This document shows, in pieces, positions 1 to 9,903 of a stretch of DNA of 64,000 nucleotides (positions are counted from its first letter, which is position 1; the number at the start of each line of letters is the position of its first letter). The translations under genes and the position numbers were made by a program. This DNA is from an uncultured Bacilli bacterium (GTDB lineage: Bacteria > Bacillota_I > Bacilli_A > RF39 > UBA660). The DNA is taken from contig OZ007022.1 of NCBI GenBank assembly GCA_963931515.1, forward strand, positions 589,747 to 653,746, written 5' to 3'. The notes beneath the pieces are model-generated. The model searched no databases. It had not been told where the DNA came from and saw only the letters and a list, made by a program, of their open reading frames with translations.

Positions 1-660
1 TTAAAAGCTCTTGAAGGAGATGCTGCTTACGAAGCTAAAATTGGTGAATTAATGGATGCTGTTGATTCATGGATTGAAACTCCAACTCGTGACAACGATA
101 AACCATTCTTAATGCCAATTGAAGACGTATTCACTATCACTGGACGTGGTACAGTTGTTACTGGACGTGTTGAACGTGGTGAATTAAAATTAAATGAAGA
201 AGTTGAAATCGTTGGTTTAAAACCTACTAAGAAAACAGTTGTTACTGGTATTGAAATGTTCAGAAAACAACTTGACTTTACTGAAGCAGGAGATAACACA
301 GGTTTATTACTTCGTGGTGTAAGCCGTGACGAAGTTGAACGTGGTCAAGTTATCGCTAAACCAGGATCAGTTACTCCACATACTAAGTTCAAAGCTCAAG
401 TTTATGTACTTAGTAAAGAAGAAGGTGGAAGACATACTCCATTCTTCAGTAACTATCGTCCACAATTTTACTTCCGTACAACTGATGTAACTGGTGTTAT
501 TGAATTACCTGAAGGTGTTGAAATGGTAATGCCTGGTGACAATGTTGAAATGACAGTAGAATTAATCGCACCAATCGCTATTGAAAATGGTACTAAATTC
601 TCTATCCGTGAGGGTGGTAGAACAGTTGGTGCTGGTAACGTTTCAGAAGTTATCGAATAA
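1..660 (+). CDS. tuf: elongation factor Tu, C-terminal part (5' end is upstream of the window)
   Basis: Frame-1 translation from base 1 ([18 protein letters not shown]...) runs into the listed ORF 52..660. EF-Tu domain II/III signatures are present ([35 protein letters not shown]). Stop codon at 658-660. Confidence 0.95.
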   Translation, partial: LKALEGDAAYEAKIGELMDAVDSWIETPTRDNDKPFLMPIEDVFTITGRGTVVTGRVERGELKLNEEVEIVGLKPTKKTVVTGIEMFRKQLDFTEAGDNTGLLLRGVSRDEVERGQVIAKPGSVTPHTKFKAQVYVLSKEEGGRHTPFFSNYRPQFYFRTTDVTGVIELPEGVEMVMPGDNVEMTVELIAPIAIENGTKFSIREGGRTVGAGNVSEVIE

Positions 661-674
661 TATTGTTTAATTTA

Positions 675-705
675 GTCAGAGATTTATTCTCTGGCTTTTT
701 ATTTA
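675..705 (+). terminator. rho-independent terminator downstream of tuf
   Basis: Hairpin gtcagaga-tttat-tctctggc followed by a T-run (ctttttattt). Confidence 0.65.
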
Positions 706-773
706 CAACTTTTGAAAAGTATTGCTTGTTATTTAATTATTAATGTTGTATCCTAATAATAGGAGGGTTTTAA

Positions 774-1142
774 ATGAAAAAAGAGGTGTTAAAGAAAGAA
801 GTAAAAAATTACGAGAGAAATGTGACAATTATTTTAGTTATTTTAACGGTTATTAGTTTAATTATTGATTTTTTAGCTTATACTGGAATGGTATATGGTG
901 ATGCTTCTTTTTATAATACTACAGCTATAAGAAGTGTTATAAATAGTGGCTGGTTTATGACAATTGTTTGGACCAATAATATTGCTATTTATATAACTAA
1001 TTTATTTTATTTTGCAGGTATTTTAGATTCTAAGCGTGATTTAATTGTTAAAATTTCTTTTGCTATATTTTCTGTTCTTTCAACGATTTTAATTAATCTA
1101 CAAATTGTAAATTTGATTGCTGATGCATTTGGGATGTTTTAA
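774..1142 (+). CDS. small hydrophobic membrane protein, unknown function
   Basis: ORF preceded by a strong RBS (taggagggttttaaATG). Product has several predicted TM segments. Confidence 0.5.
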   Translation: MKKEVLKKEVKNYERNVTIILVILTVISLIIDFLAYTGMVYGDASFYNTTAIRSVINSGWFMTIVWTNNIAIYITNLFYFAGILDSKRDLIVKISFAIFSVLSTILINLQIVNLIADAFGMF

Positions 1143-1184
1143 GAAAAAAATGGCACTTTAAATTTATATTTAGTCGTTTTCAAA

Positions 1185-1368
1185 AAATACGAAAATGATA
1201 TATCATAGAACAAAATACCAAAATAAATTTTGGTATTAGCTTACCTCACGGTAAGCTCTTTCTACTTCATAGCAGTCTTAGACTCCTCCATAGACCAGTA
1301 TCGGATAGTCGCTACCCTAATTATATCATTTATTTACCAAAATTTATTGATTAGATAGATTGATCTAG
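1185..1368 (-). ncRNA. putative omega-RNA (right-end element RNA) of the TnpB element, with guide taken from the adjacent flank
   Basis: The conserved structured segment downstream of the tnpB stop (agggtagcgactatccgatactggtctatggaggagtctaagactgctatgaagtagaaagagcttaccgtgaggtaagctaataccaaaatttattttggtattttgttctat) is identical in both copies and ends exactly where the flanks diverge. The guide would be the about 16-20 nt beyond base 1205. Confidence 0.45.
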
Positions 1369-2595
1369 ATATAACATATATTTTTCTAAACCTTTAAACA
1401 TTATATTAACTGCTGCATTATAATCACGAGTGTGCTTTGTATGACATACTGGACATTCCCATTTCCTTAACTTCAAATCTTTTACTTCTTTATTTTGATA
1501 ATCACATATACTGCATATCTGACTGCTTGGATAATATCTATCTATTTGTATTAATCTCTTATTATTCCAGTTAGCTTTATATTTAAGTACTCTGATGATT
1601 TCTGATATTGGGTTTTCATTTAAGCCTTTAGCTACATAGTGATTTTTCTGCATACTTTTTACATCTAAATTCTCAGTTACTATAATGTCATTCTCGTTTA
1701 TTAGTTTATTTGTTATATCATGTATCATATGTTTTCTTGCATTTCTTATTTTTTGATACAATCTTTGGATTTTTAGTTTCATCTTATATCTATTTTTACT
1801 TCCAGACTTACATCTAGATATTCCTCTTTGTAAACCTACCATTCTTTTTGTATTTAGTTTTATTTTGTTTTCTATCTTTTCATTAAATGATGTTACTATT
1901 AAATCTTTTATTCCTAAATCTATACCGATTATACTTGTTGGTACAAATGATGGCCTTATTAATTCTTCTTCGATTAAGACACTTACATAATATTTACCGG
2001 CATCTTTCTTAACTGCTGCACTTTTTAACTCACCAGGTATAATATTTTTATTTCTATATCCTCTTATCTTTACTTCTTTTAATTTTGGTAAAGTTATTGT
2101 TTTGTTTTTTAAATCTAGTTTTATGCTGTTATAATTATTACCTTTATAACTACTTTTAATATTATTAGTTTTATAACTTTCATGAACGCCTTTTGCTTTA
2201 AATCTAGGATAACCGTTTCCATTAAAAAATCTTTTATAAGCATCTTCTAAATTAAATAGACTTGTTCTTAAAGCGCAACTATCTACTTCTTTCAAAAACG
2301 GATATTCTTTTGAAAGTGATGGAATTAATTTTATTTGATCATATACACTTTTACTTTTTCCAGTTTTTTTATATTCTTTAATTTTATCATCCAAAAAATA
2401 ATTATATACAAACCTAGAGCATCCAATAGTTTTATTAATTAACTCTTCTTGCTTTTCAGTTGGATACATTCTAAATACATAGCCTTTTAGTATTTTCATA
2501 TCATCACCTTCAATCTTTGGTGTATTCAGTATATCACAAACATTTGTTCTTGTAAACATTTTTTTTACAAAGCAAATTCCTAGTATATAAAAAAT
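1205..2595 (-). mobile_element. IS200/IS605-family element, TnpB-only (IS1341-like), copy A
   Basis: Ends were defined by comparison with copy B (8513..9903). Identity starts about 37 nt upstream of the tnpB ATG (shared ...ttttttatatactaggaatttgctttgtaaaaaaaATG) and stops at ...ttttgttctat, after which the flanks diverge. No tnpA is present. Confidence 0.8.
1351..2559 (-). CDS. tnpB: TnpB RNA-guided endonuclease (IS605 OrfB family transposase accessory protein)
   Basis: 402 aa. RuvC-like motifs and a C-terminal zinc finger CxxC...CxxC (CSICDY...CPVCHTKHTRDYNAAVNI). Near-identical to ORF 8549..9757. Confidence 0.9.
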   Translation of the reverse strand: MFTRTNVCDILNTPKIEGDDMKILKGYVFRMYPTEKQEELINKTIGCSRFVYNYFLDDKIKEYKKTGKSKSVYDQIKLIPSLSKEYPFLKEVDSCALRTSLFNLEDAYKRFFNGNGYPRFKAKGVHESYKTNNIKSSYKGNNYNSIKLDLKNKTITLPKLKEVKIRGYRNKNIIPGELKSAAVKKDAGKYYVSVLIEEELIRPSFVPTSIIGIDLGIKDLIVTSFNEKIENKIKLNTKRMVGLQRGISRCKSGSKNRYKMKLKIQRLYQKIRNARKHMIHDITNKLINENDIIVTENLDVKSMQKNHYVAKGLNENPISEIIRVLKYKANWNNKRLIQIDRYYPSSQICSICDYQNKEVKDLKLRKWECPVCHTKHTRDYNAAVNIMFKGLEKYMLYLDQSI

Positions 2596-2737
2596 TAAAG
2601 TGGATTTGAAAGTTATAAGGATAATAATATTGATTATAATGAAAATAATTATTATGTACCAATAAGTTATATATGATATTAAGTGCTTGTAAATTAATTA
2701 CAAGTGCTTTTAATATTGGGTATTTCATTGACTTTTA

Positions 2738-2768
2738 TATGAAAAACCAATATAATTTTAAATAGTGA
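2738..2768 (+). promoter_or_regulatory. sigma-A-type promoter for hisS-aspS
   Basis: ttgact, 17 nt spacer, tataat just upstream of the hisS RBS (gaaaggatg). No T-box sequence (gggtggtaccgcg) was found in the leader. Confidence 0.5.
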
Positions 2769-2783
2769 AAGGATGTTTTTATT

Positions 2784-4064
2784 ATGTTACAAAAACCTAA
2801 AGGAACTTATGATATATATGGTGATAGAGCTTTGATGCAACTTTATTTTAGGAAGTTAGTGGAAGCTTTGATGGATAAATATAATGCTAAATATATTGAA
2901 ACTCCAATATTTGAAAGTAGTGAACTTTTTCATAGAGGAGTTGGTGAGACAACTGATATAGTAAGTAAGGAAACATATGATTTTAAAGATAGAGGAAATA
3001 GAGATTTAACTTTGAGACCAGAGGGTACTGCTGGTGTTGTTAGATGTTTTATAGAAAATAAATTATATGCAGAAAATTTACCTTTAAAAGCATGGTATAT
3101 GGGCCCAATGTTTAGATATGAAAGACCACAAGCTGGAAGACATAGAGAGTTTTATCAATTTGGGGTAGAAGCTTTTGGCTCTAATGATCCAATGATGGAT
3201 GCGGATATGATTAGTATTGTGGTTAATTTATTTAATATTTTAGGTTTAAAAGGTGTAAGTGTTAATATTAATACTTTAGGTGATAGTGAGTCTAGAGAAA
3301 ATTATAGGAAAGCGTTACTTGATTATTTTAAACCGTATTTGGATGATTTATGTGATGATTGTAGGAGAAGATATGAGAAGAATCCCCTTCGTATTTTAGA
3401 TTGCAAAGTTGATAGTAGTAATGAGATTATGAAAAATGCTCCAAAAATGACAGATTATTTGAATGATGAAAGTCGCAAGCATTTTGAGAAGGTTAAAGAA
3501 TATTTGGATACGATGGGAATTAGTTATAAGGTTAATCCAAATATTGTTAGAGGTTTAGATTACTATACTCATACAGTGTTTGAGGTTCAAGCTGATATAG
3601 AGGGATTTGGTTCTCAAAATACTTTAGCGGCTGGTGGTAGATATGATCATTTAGTTGAGTTTATTGGTGGACCTAGTGTGCCTGGTGTTGGTTTTGCGCT
3701 TGGGCTTGAGAGACTTTTTTTAGCACTACAGGCAGAAGGTATTGATATTAAAGAGATAGTATGCCCAGATGTTTATATTTTTAGTGCATCAGATGAACAA
3801 AAACCTTATGTTCTAAGTTTGGCTAATGATTTAAGAATGGCTGGATTTAATATAGAGATTGATTATGATGGCCATAATTTTAAAAGTAATTTTAAACAAG
3901 CTGATAAAGTGATGGCTAAATATATTGTTATAATTGGTGAGGAAGAGGTTAAAACAGAGGTTTTAACAGTTAAAAATAATGAGACAAAAGAAGAATATAA
4001 GATTAAATTAGAAGATATTATAGATTTTTTAGATGAAAAATTAGGTGATGATGATGAAAATTAA
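2784..4064 (+). CDS. hisS: histidyl-tRNA synthetase
   Basis: 426 aa. Class II aaRS HisRS motifs (RPEGTAGVVR, FRYERPQAGRHREFYQ, GGGRYD) and a C-terminal anticodon-binding domain. Confidence 0.92.
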   Translation: MLQKPKGTYDIYGDRALMQLYFRKLVEALMDKYNAKYIETPIFESSELFHRGVGETTDIVSKETYDFKDRGNRDLTLRPEGTAGVVRCFIENKLYAENLPLKAWYMGPMFRYERPQAGRHREFYQFGVEAFGSNDPMMDADMISIVVNLFNILGLKGVSVNINTLGDSESRENYRKALLDYFKPYLDDLCDDCRRRYEKNPLRILDCKVDSSNEIMKNAPKMTDYLNDESRKHFEKVKEYLDTMGISYKVNPNIVRGLDYYTHTVFEVQADIEGFGSQNTLAAGGRYDHLVEFIGGPSVPGVGFALGLERLFLALQAEGIDIKEIVCPDVYIFSASDEQKPYVLSLANDLRMAGFNIEIDYDGHNFKSNFKQADKVMAKYIVIIGEEEVKTEVLTVKNNETKEEYKIKLEDIIDFLDEKLGDDDEN

Positions 4065-5778
4065 TAATGCTAGTATAAGTAAGAAAAATGTTGGTGAAGT
4101 TGTTACTTTATATGGTTGGGTTAATAAGAAAAGAGATTTAGGTGGCCTTGTTTTTATTGATTTAAGAGATAGAAGTGGTCTTATTCAATTAGTGGTTAAT
4201 CCTGAAAGTGATGTATATGAACTTGCTAGTAGTTTAAAAAATGAATATGTTATTAAAGCTATTGGTGAAGTTGTTTTAAGAAAAGAAGCTAATAAGCATT
4301 TAAAAACAGGTGAAATTGAAATTAATATTCAAAGTATAGAGGTATTAAATAAAGCTGCAGAACTTCCTTTTGATTTGAATAATACAACAGCTTTAGAAGA
4401 TACTAGATTAAAATATCGTTATTTAGATTTGCGAAGGGAAGAACTTAAGAATAACTTAATGATTAAACATAAGGTTATGCAAGTGACAAGAAGTTATTTG
4501 AATTCATTGGAGTTTATGGAGATTGAAACACCTATTTTGTGTAAGTCTACACCTGAGGGGGCTAGAGATTATTTAGTACCTTCTAGAGTTAATAAGGGAT
4601 GTTTTTATGCTTTGCCACAATCACCACAACTTTTTAAGCAAATACTTATGATGAGTGGGATGGAAAGATATTATCAAATCGCGAGATGTTTTAGAGATGA
4701 GGATTTAAGAGCTGATAGACAGCCTGAGTTTACGCAGATTGATATGGAAATGAGTTTTGTAACCGAAGATGATGTTATGAGTGTGACTGAAGGGTTACTT
4801 TATAATATTTTTAAAGAAGTTAAAGGAATAGAAATTAAATTACCAATTGATAGAATGACTTATGAGAATGCTATTAATTTGTATGGAAGTGATAAGCCCG
4901 ATTTAAGGTTTGATAATCCAATTTACGATATTACTGATAATTTTAAGGAAAGTGAATTTAGTTTATTTAATAATATTATTAATGAGGGGGGTATTATTAA
5001 TGCACTTGTGTTTAATGCGGCTTTAAAGTATTCCCGAAAAGATATTGATAAGTTAACAGAATATGTTAAAACATATGGAGCTAAGGCTTTAGCATTCCTT
5101 AAATATAATGGTGAATTTACTGGTAGTATTGCGAAGTTTATTACTTCTGAAATTGGAGATGGTTTAGTTAAAACATTGGATTTAAAGGATAATGATTTGG
5201 TTTTAATTATTGCTGGAGATAAAAAAATGGTTAAAACAGCTTTGGGTGCTTTAAGGTGTAAAGTGGCAAAAGAGTTAGATTTAATCGATAAAGATAAGTA
5301 TGCGTTTACTTGGGTAACTGATTTTCCAATGTTTGAATATAGTGAAGAAGATGAAAGATATATTGCTTGTCATCATCCGTTTACGTTACCACAAGATGTT
5401 AATACTTTAAGTGATAAGGAACACGCTTTGGCTAAGGCATATGATATTGTTATTAATGGATATGAGGCTGGTGGTGGAAGTCTTAGAATTTATAATCCTG
5501 AGATGCAAGAAAAAGTTTTAAATGAACTTGGTTTTACTAGGGAAGATGCTGAAAGACAGTTTGGTTTTTTACTTAAAGCTTTAACTTATGGTTGTCCGCC
5601 TCATGGTGGTTTAGCTTTAGGACTTGAACGTTTAACAATGATTTTATGTGGTACTGAAAATATTCGTGATGTAATTGCATTTCCAAAAACAACAAGTGCT
5701 TCATGCTTAATGACTGAGGCTCCAAGTGATGTTAGTGAAAAGCAATTAAAAGAATTACATATAAAACTTAGTGACTAG
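4045..5778 (+). CDS. aspS: aspartyl-tRNA synthetase
   Basis: 577 aa. N-terminal OB fold and class II catalytic core (FRDEDLRADRQPEFTQIDMEMSF, GGGSLRI, GLERL). The start overlaps the hisS stop, consistent with an operon. Confidence 0.92.
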   Translation: MMMMKINNASISKKNVGEVVTLYGWVNKKRDLGGLVFIDLRDRSGLIQLVVNPESDVYELASSLKNEYVIKAIGEVVLRKEANKHLKTGEIEINIQSIEVLNKAAELPFDLNNTTALEDTRLKYRYLDLRREELKNNLMIKHKVMQVTRSYLNSLEFMEIETPILCKSTPEGARDYLVPSRVNKGCFYALPQSPQLFKQILMMSGMERYYQIARCFRDEDLRADRQPEFTQIDMEMSFVTEDDVMSVTEGLLYNIFKEVKGIEIKLPIDRMTYENAINLYGSDKPDLRFDNPIYDITDNFKESEFSLFNNIINEGGIINALVFNAALKYSRKDIDKLTEYVKTYGAKALAFLKYNGEFTGSIAKFITSEIGDGLVKTLDLKDNDLVLIIAGDKKMVKTALGALRCKVAKELDLIDKDKYAFTWVTDFPMFEYSEEDERYIACHHPFTLPQDVNTLSDKEHALAKAYDIVINGYEAGGGSLRIYNPEMQEKVLNELGFTREDAERQFGFLLKALTYGCPPHGGLALGLERLTMILCGTENIRDVIAFPKTTSASCLMTEAPSDVSEKQLKELHIKLSD

Positions 5779-5802
5779 GGGCTTTAGGGATAGGATGGTT
5801 AT

Positions 5803-6747
5803 ATGCAAGAACAAATGATTTATAATTTACTTAAAGATGAACTTATGATTCAAGATGAACCTTTACGAAAGTTAATTTGGGTTTTGGATAAGAATTTTTA
5901 TACCGATGGTGATTTCAAACAAAATATATTATTAATAGGTGAAAGAGGCAGTGGTAAGACGACTATGCTTAGAGAAACTGCTAAATTAATGGAGATACCA
6001 ATGGGTGAGGTATATAATATGTTTGTACCTAATGGTTTTAATGTCTCTTTATTTTATAACGGTGTTTCACAAATGATGAGTGATAGTGAGTCAGGCAAAG
6101 GTATTTTACTTTTACATGATTTTCAAGATAGTTTTATATATGGTTCTAGTGATGCTTTTAATTCAATGATTGCGTCTGGAACTATTGATTTGGGTGATGG
6201 TGTTTACTGGGATGTTTCTGATATTACTTTTGTTGGTGAGATAGATACTAATAATGTAGATGATTTATTTCCAAGAGAGTGTAATTATTTAGATGATTTA
6301 GAAAATAATAATTTTAAGTCACCTGTTTTAAATATGATTAAAGATTTTTTCTCACAGGATAATGTTGTTTATGAAGATGAAAATGGAAATAGAAATGTTA
6401 ATTTAGGATTTTATAATTATATTACTAAACAAATAAAAGAACGTTTTTTATCAAAAGTATGTTTAGATGTTTTTAACCGAAGAATTTTTATGGATAATAT
6501 GGGAAGTCAAGAGATAATGAAGGCTTTGAAATCACCTCATTCAGCCCTTAATTTATATAAAAACGATTTGACATACGAGTATATTAATTCAGATGAGTTT
6601 GTGAATAAAGTGGTGTATAATATTTTAGAAAGTGGAGAAGGGTTGCACTATTTGATGATGGCGATTGAGGAGGCTATTTCACATGATTGTAAGTATAATC
6701 ATAAGGTATTAAAAAAGGAATCTTTATTAGGTTTAAAGAATAAATGA
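5803..6747 (+). CDS. divergent P-loop ATPase with ClpX/HslU-like Walker A (paralog 1)
   Basis: 314 aa. NILLIGERGSGKTTMLRETAKLMEIPMGEV resembles the AAA+ Walker A region of ClpX/HslU, and the Walker B-like LLLHDF is degenerate. It is clearly paralogous to the next ORF. Confidence 0.6.
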   Translation: MQEQMIYNLLKDELMIQDEPLRKLIWVLDKNFYTDGDFKQNILLIGERGSGKTTMLRETAKLMEIPMGEVYNMFVPNGFNVSLFYNGVSQMMSDSESGKGILLLHDFQDSFIYGSSDAFNSMIASGTIDLGDGVYWDVSDITFVGEIDTNNVDDLFPRECNYLDDLENNNFKSPVLNMIKDFFSQDNVVYEDENGNRNVNLGFYNYITKQIKERFLSKVCLDVFNRRIFMDNMGSQEIMKALKSPHSALNLYKNDLTYEYINSDEFVNKVVYNILESGEGLHYLMMAIEEAISHDCKYNHKVLKKESLLGLKNK

Positions 6748-6762
6748 TTTTTGGGTGATTTT

Positions 6763-7692
6763 ATGGAAGTAAGAGAAGTTTATGATGAATTAAGAAAGTT
6801 ACTTTGTAATCAAGATAAAGCTTTAAAAGAGCTTGTATGGACAATTGCAAAAAATCAAAAGTTATCTAGGCCAAGAAATACTTTATTAGTTGGTGAACTT
6901 GGTAGTGGAAAAACGACGATTGTTCAGCTTACGGCAGCTAAAATGGATATACCGCTTGCAGAAGTATTTGGTTTTTGTACTGAAAGTGGCTTTAATAAGA
7001 ATGTTTTATTTGATGCATTTTGTAAATTATTTATGGAAAATAATAGAGAAGAGTGCAAGGGAATTGTTTTGATTCATGATATGAAAGATTGCTTTTTATA
7101 TGGAGGCTTTTCAGAATTAGAGTCTTTGATTACTTCAGCTTTTTTCACTTATGAAAATAATTTTTTTGATTTATCTCAGGTAATGTTTGTTGGAGAAATT
7201 GATGTAAATGGTTATGAAGATTGCTTTATTCCTAAGCCGATATATACGTTTGAAAATATTGATGATGCTATTTTATCTTTAGATTATAATGGTGATGAAG
7301 TTAAGAGAATAATTCAAGATTTACTTATGACTGATATTTCAACAGATGATATTGAAGAAGGTTATGATAGAAAATATAGAGAGGCAATAAAAAGAGCGTT
7401 TTTATCGGTTGAGTGCAATAAGACTTTTGGCAAAAAGATTTTCATGGATAATATGAAATTTGAAGATATTAAGAAGGCTATAGAATCCCCAATATCAGAA
7501 TTACAGATTTATAGTGATGATTTATGTGAAGAATATATTGCATCACCAGCCTTTATTAATTCAGTCGCACATCATATTAGCGAAAGTACGGTTGGACTTC
7601 ATGATATGGAAGATGCTGTTTTGGATACGGCTATATCTGATAATAAAAGAAAGGTAAAAGTGTTTAAAAATAATTCTTTATTGAAATTATAG
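6763..7692 (+). CDS. divergent P-loop ATPase (paralog 2, tandem duplicate of 5803..6747)
   Basis: About 310 aa. TLLVGELGSGKTTIVQLTAAKMDIPLAEV. Shares architecture and many motifs with the preceding ORF (FMDNMG/FMDNMK, ESPISELQIYSDDL versus KSPHSALNLYKNDL). ATG at 6763, and the ORF track extends to TTG 6751. Confidence 0.6.
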   Translation: MEVREVYDELRKLLCNQDKALKELVWTIAKNQKLSRPRNTLLVGELGSGKTTIVQLTAAKMDIPLAEVFGFCTESGFNKNVLFDAFCKLFMENNREECKGIVLIHDMKDCFLYGGFSELESLITSAFFTYENNFFDLSQVMFVGEIDVNGYEDCFIPKPIYTFENIDDAILSLDYNGDEVKRIIQDLLMTDISTDDIEEGYDRKYREAIKRAFLSVECNKTFGKKIFMDNMKFEDIKKAIESPISELQIYSDDLCEEYIASPAFINSVAHHISESTVGLHDMEDAVLDTAISDNKRKVKVFKNNSLLKL

Positions 7693-7694
7693 TT

Positions 7695-8492
7695 ATGGAA
7701 AAATATAAGGAAATTGAAAGAAGTATTATTAAAAAATTTAGGCCTTCAATTTGGCACAATTTTGTAAAATGTGTGAATGAATATGGATTGATAAATGAAA
7801 ATGACAAGATTGCGGTATGTATAAGTGGTGGTAAAGATTCCTTTTTGCTTGCAAAGTGTTTAGAAGAATTACAAAAACATGGCAAGGTGTAATTTTATTT
7901 AGAGTATATCATTATGAACCCGGGTTATACAGATGAGGTTTTAGTCAAAATTAAGAACAATTTAGATATTTTAAATATTAAGGCTCATATATTTGATAGT
8001 CCTATCTTTAAGATTGTTAGTAAGGAAAAAAATCCATGTTATTTATGTGCGAAAATGCGCAGGGGATATTTATATAGTTATGCACAGAATCTTGGATGTA
8101 ATAAGATAGCTTTAGGTCATCATTTTGACGATGCTTTAGAGACTATTATGATGAATTTAATTTATAATGGAATGTATGCTGGAATGATGCCTAAGATTAA
8201 AAGCGATAATTTTAATGGTATGGAGCTTATAAGACCTCTTTATTTTGTTAAAGAGGAAAGTATTTTAGATTGGTGTAGATATAATAATTTATCGTTTATT
8301 GATTGTGCGTGTAGTGTTACTAAAAAAGATTTAGGTAAGCGAAAAGAAATGAAAAAGTTAGTTAGAACGTTAAAAGAATATTATATTGATGCAGATAGGA
8401 ATATTTTTAATTCTATAAGTAATGTGAAATTAGATAAGGTTATTTCATATTTTGAAGAAGATGAAAAACATAATTTTTTAGATAGATATTAA
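7695..8492 (+). pseudogene. ttcA: TtcA-like tRNA 2-thiocytidine / PP-loop ATPase, interrupted by an in-frame TAA at 7890-7892
   Basis: ORFs 7695..7892 (SGGKDS PP-loop) and 7914..8492 (CxxC pairs) are in the same frame. Their combined translation aligns colinearly with TtcA across the stop (…LQKHGKV*FYLEYIIMNPGYTDEV…). This is either a nonsense mutation, a sequencing error, or re-initiation at M 7914. Confidence 0.55.
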
Positions 8493-8512
8493 CTGTAACG
8501 TATTGGTTATAG

Positions 8513-9903
8513 TTTTTTTATATACTAGGAATTTGCTTTGTAAAAAAAATGTTTACAAGAACAAATGTTTGTGATATACTGAATACACCAAAGATTGAAG
8601 GTGATGATATGAAAATACTAAAAGGCTATGTATTTAGAATGTATCCAACTGAAAAGCAAGAAGAGTTAATTAATAAAACTATTGGATGCTCTAGGTTTGT
8701 ATATAATTATTTTTTGGATGATAAAATTAAAGAATATAAAAAAACTGGAAAAAGTAAAAGTGTATATGATCAAATAAAATTAATTCCATCACTTTCAAAA
8801 GAATATCCGTTTTTGAAAGAAGTAGATAGTTGCGCTTTAAGAACAAGTCTATTTAATTTAGAAGATGCTTATAAAAGATTTTTTAATGGAAACGGTTATC
8901 CTAGATTTAAAGCAAAAGGCGTTCATGAAAGTTATAAAACTAATAATATTAAAAGTAGTTATAAAGGTAATAATTATAACAGCATAAAATTAGATTTAAA
9001 AAATAAAACAATAACTTTACCAAAATTAAAAGAAGTAAAGATAAGAGGATATAGAAATAAAAATATTATACCTGGTGAGTTAAAAAGTGCAGCAGTTAAG
9101 AAAGATGCCGGTAAATATTATGTAAGTGTCTTAACCAACGAAGAATTAATAAGGCCATCATTTGTACCAACAAGTATAATCGGTATAGATTTAGGAATAA
9201 AAGATTTAATAGTAACATCATTTAATGAAAAGATAGAAAACAAAATAAAACTAAATACAAAAAGAATGGTAGGTTTACAAAGAGGAATATCTAGATGTAA
9301 GTCTGGAAGTAAAAATAGATATAAGATGAAACTAAAAATCCAAAGATTGTATCAAAAAATAAGAAATGCAAGAAAACATATGATACATGATATAACAAAT
9401 AAACTAATAAACGAGAATGACATTATAGTAACTGAGAATTTAGATGTAAAAAGTATGCAGAAAAATCACTATGTAGCTAAAGGCTTAAATGAAAACCCAA
9501 TATCAGAAATCATCAGAGTACTTAAATATAAAGCTAACTGGAATAATAAGAGATTAATACAAATAGATAGATATTATCCAAGCAGTCAGATATGCAGTAT
9601 ATGTGATTATCAAAATAAAGAAGCAAAAGATTTGAAGTTAAGGAAATGGGAATGTCCAGTATGTCATACAAAGCACACTCGTGATTATAATGCAGCAGTT
9701 AATATAATGTTTAAAGGTTTAGAAAAATATATGTTATATCTAGATCAATCTATCTAATCAATAAATTTTGGTAAATAAATAATATAATTAGGGTAGCGAC
9801 TATCCGATACTGGTCTATGGAGGAGTCTAAGACTGCTATGAAGTAGAAAGAGCTTACCGTGAGGTAAGCTAATACCAAAATTTATTTTGGTATTTTGTTC
9901 TAT
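8513..9903 (+). mobile_element. IS200/IS605-family element, TnpB-only, copy B (inverted relative to copy A)
   Basis: About 1391 bp. Nearly identical to the reverse complement of 1205..2595. The flanks differ immediately outside these coordinates. Confidence 0.8.
8549..9757 (+). CDS. tnpB: TnpB RNA-guided endonuclease
   Basis: 402 aa. Differs from copy A at only about 3 residues (TNE versus IEE, A versus V). Confidence 0.9.
   Translation: MFTRTNVCDILNTPKIEGDDMKILKGYVFRMYPTEKQEELINKTIGCSRFVYNYFLDDKIKEYKKTGKSKSVYDQIKLIPSLSKEYPFLKEVDSCALRTSLFNLEDAYKRFFNGNGYPRFKAKGVHESYKTNNIKSSYKGNNYNSIKLDLKNKTITLPKLKEVKIRGYRNKNIIPGELKSAAVKKDAGKYYVSVLTNEELIRPSFVPTSIIGIDLGIKDLIVTSFNEKIENKIKLNTKRMVGLQRGISRCKSGSKNRYKMKLKIQRLYQKIRNARKHMIHDITNKLINENDIIVTENLDVKSMQKNHYVAKGLNENPISEIIRVLKYKANWNNKRLIQIDRYYPSSQICSICDYQNKEAKDLKLRKWECPVCHTKHTRDYNAAVNIMFKGLEKYMLYLDQSI

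Noticed and set aside
27-299. Minus-strand 90-aa ORF inside tuf
   Set aside because: Lies antisense within the highly conserved EF-Tu coding sequence. This is a typical spurious ORF.
2534-2728. 64-aa minus-strand ORF upstream of tnpB copy A
   Set aside because: Overlaps the IS left end and the hisS promoter region. Low complexity (Y/N-rich). Probably non-coding.
2560-2783. T-box leader upstream of hisS
   Set aside because: No T-box consensus (AATTAGGGTGGNACCGCG) or specifier-loop architecture was found. The region is partly the IS605 left end plus a simple promoter.
6890-7072. 60-aa ORF in an alternative frame inside the second ATPase paralog. Similar embedded ORFs are at 7664..7885, 10381..10629, 15942..16199, 19545..19814, 21989..22180, 22510..22746, 25518..25730, 26523..26732, 28414..28872, 29463..29666, 30043..30363 and 31675..31875.
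   Set aside because: All are embedded in, or antisense to, much longer ORFs with clear homology. Low-GC genomes generate many such chance ORFs.
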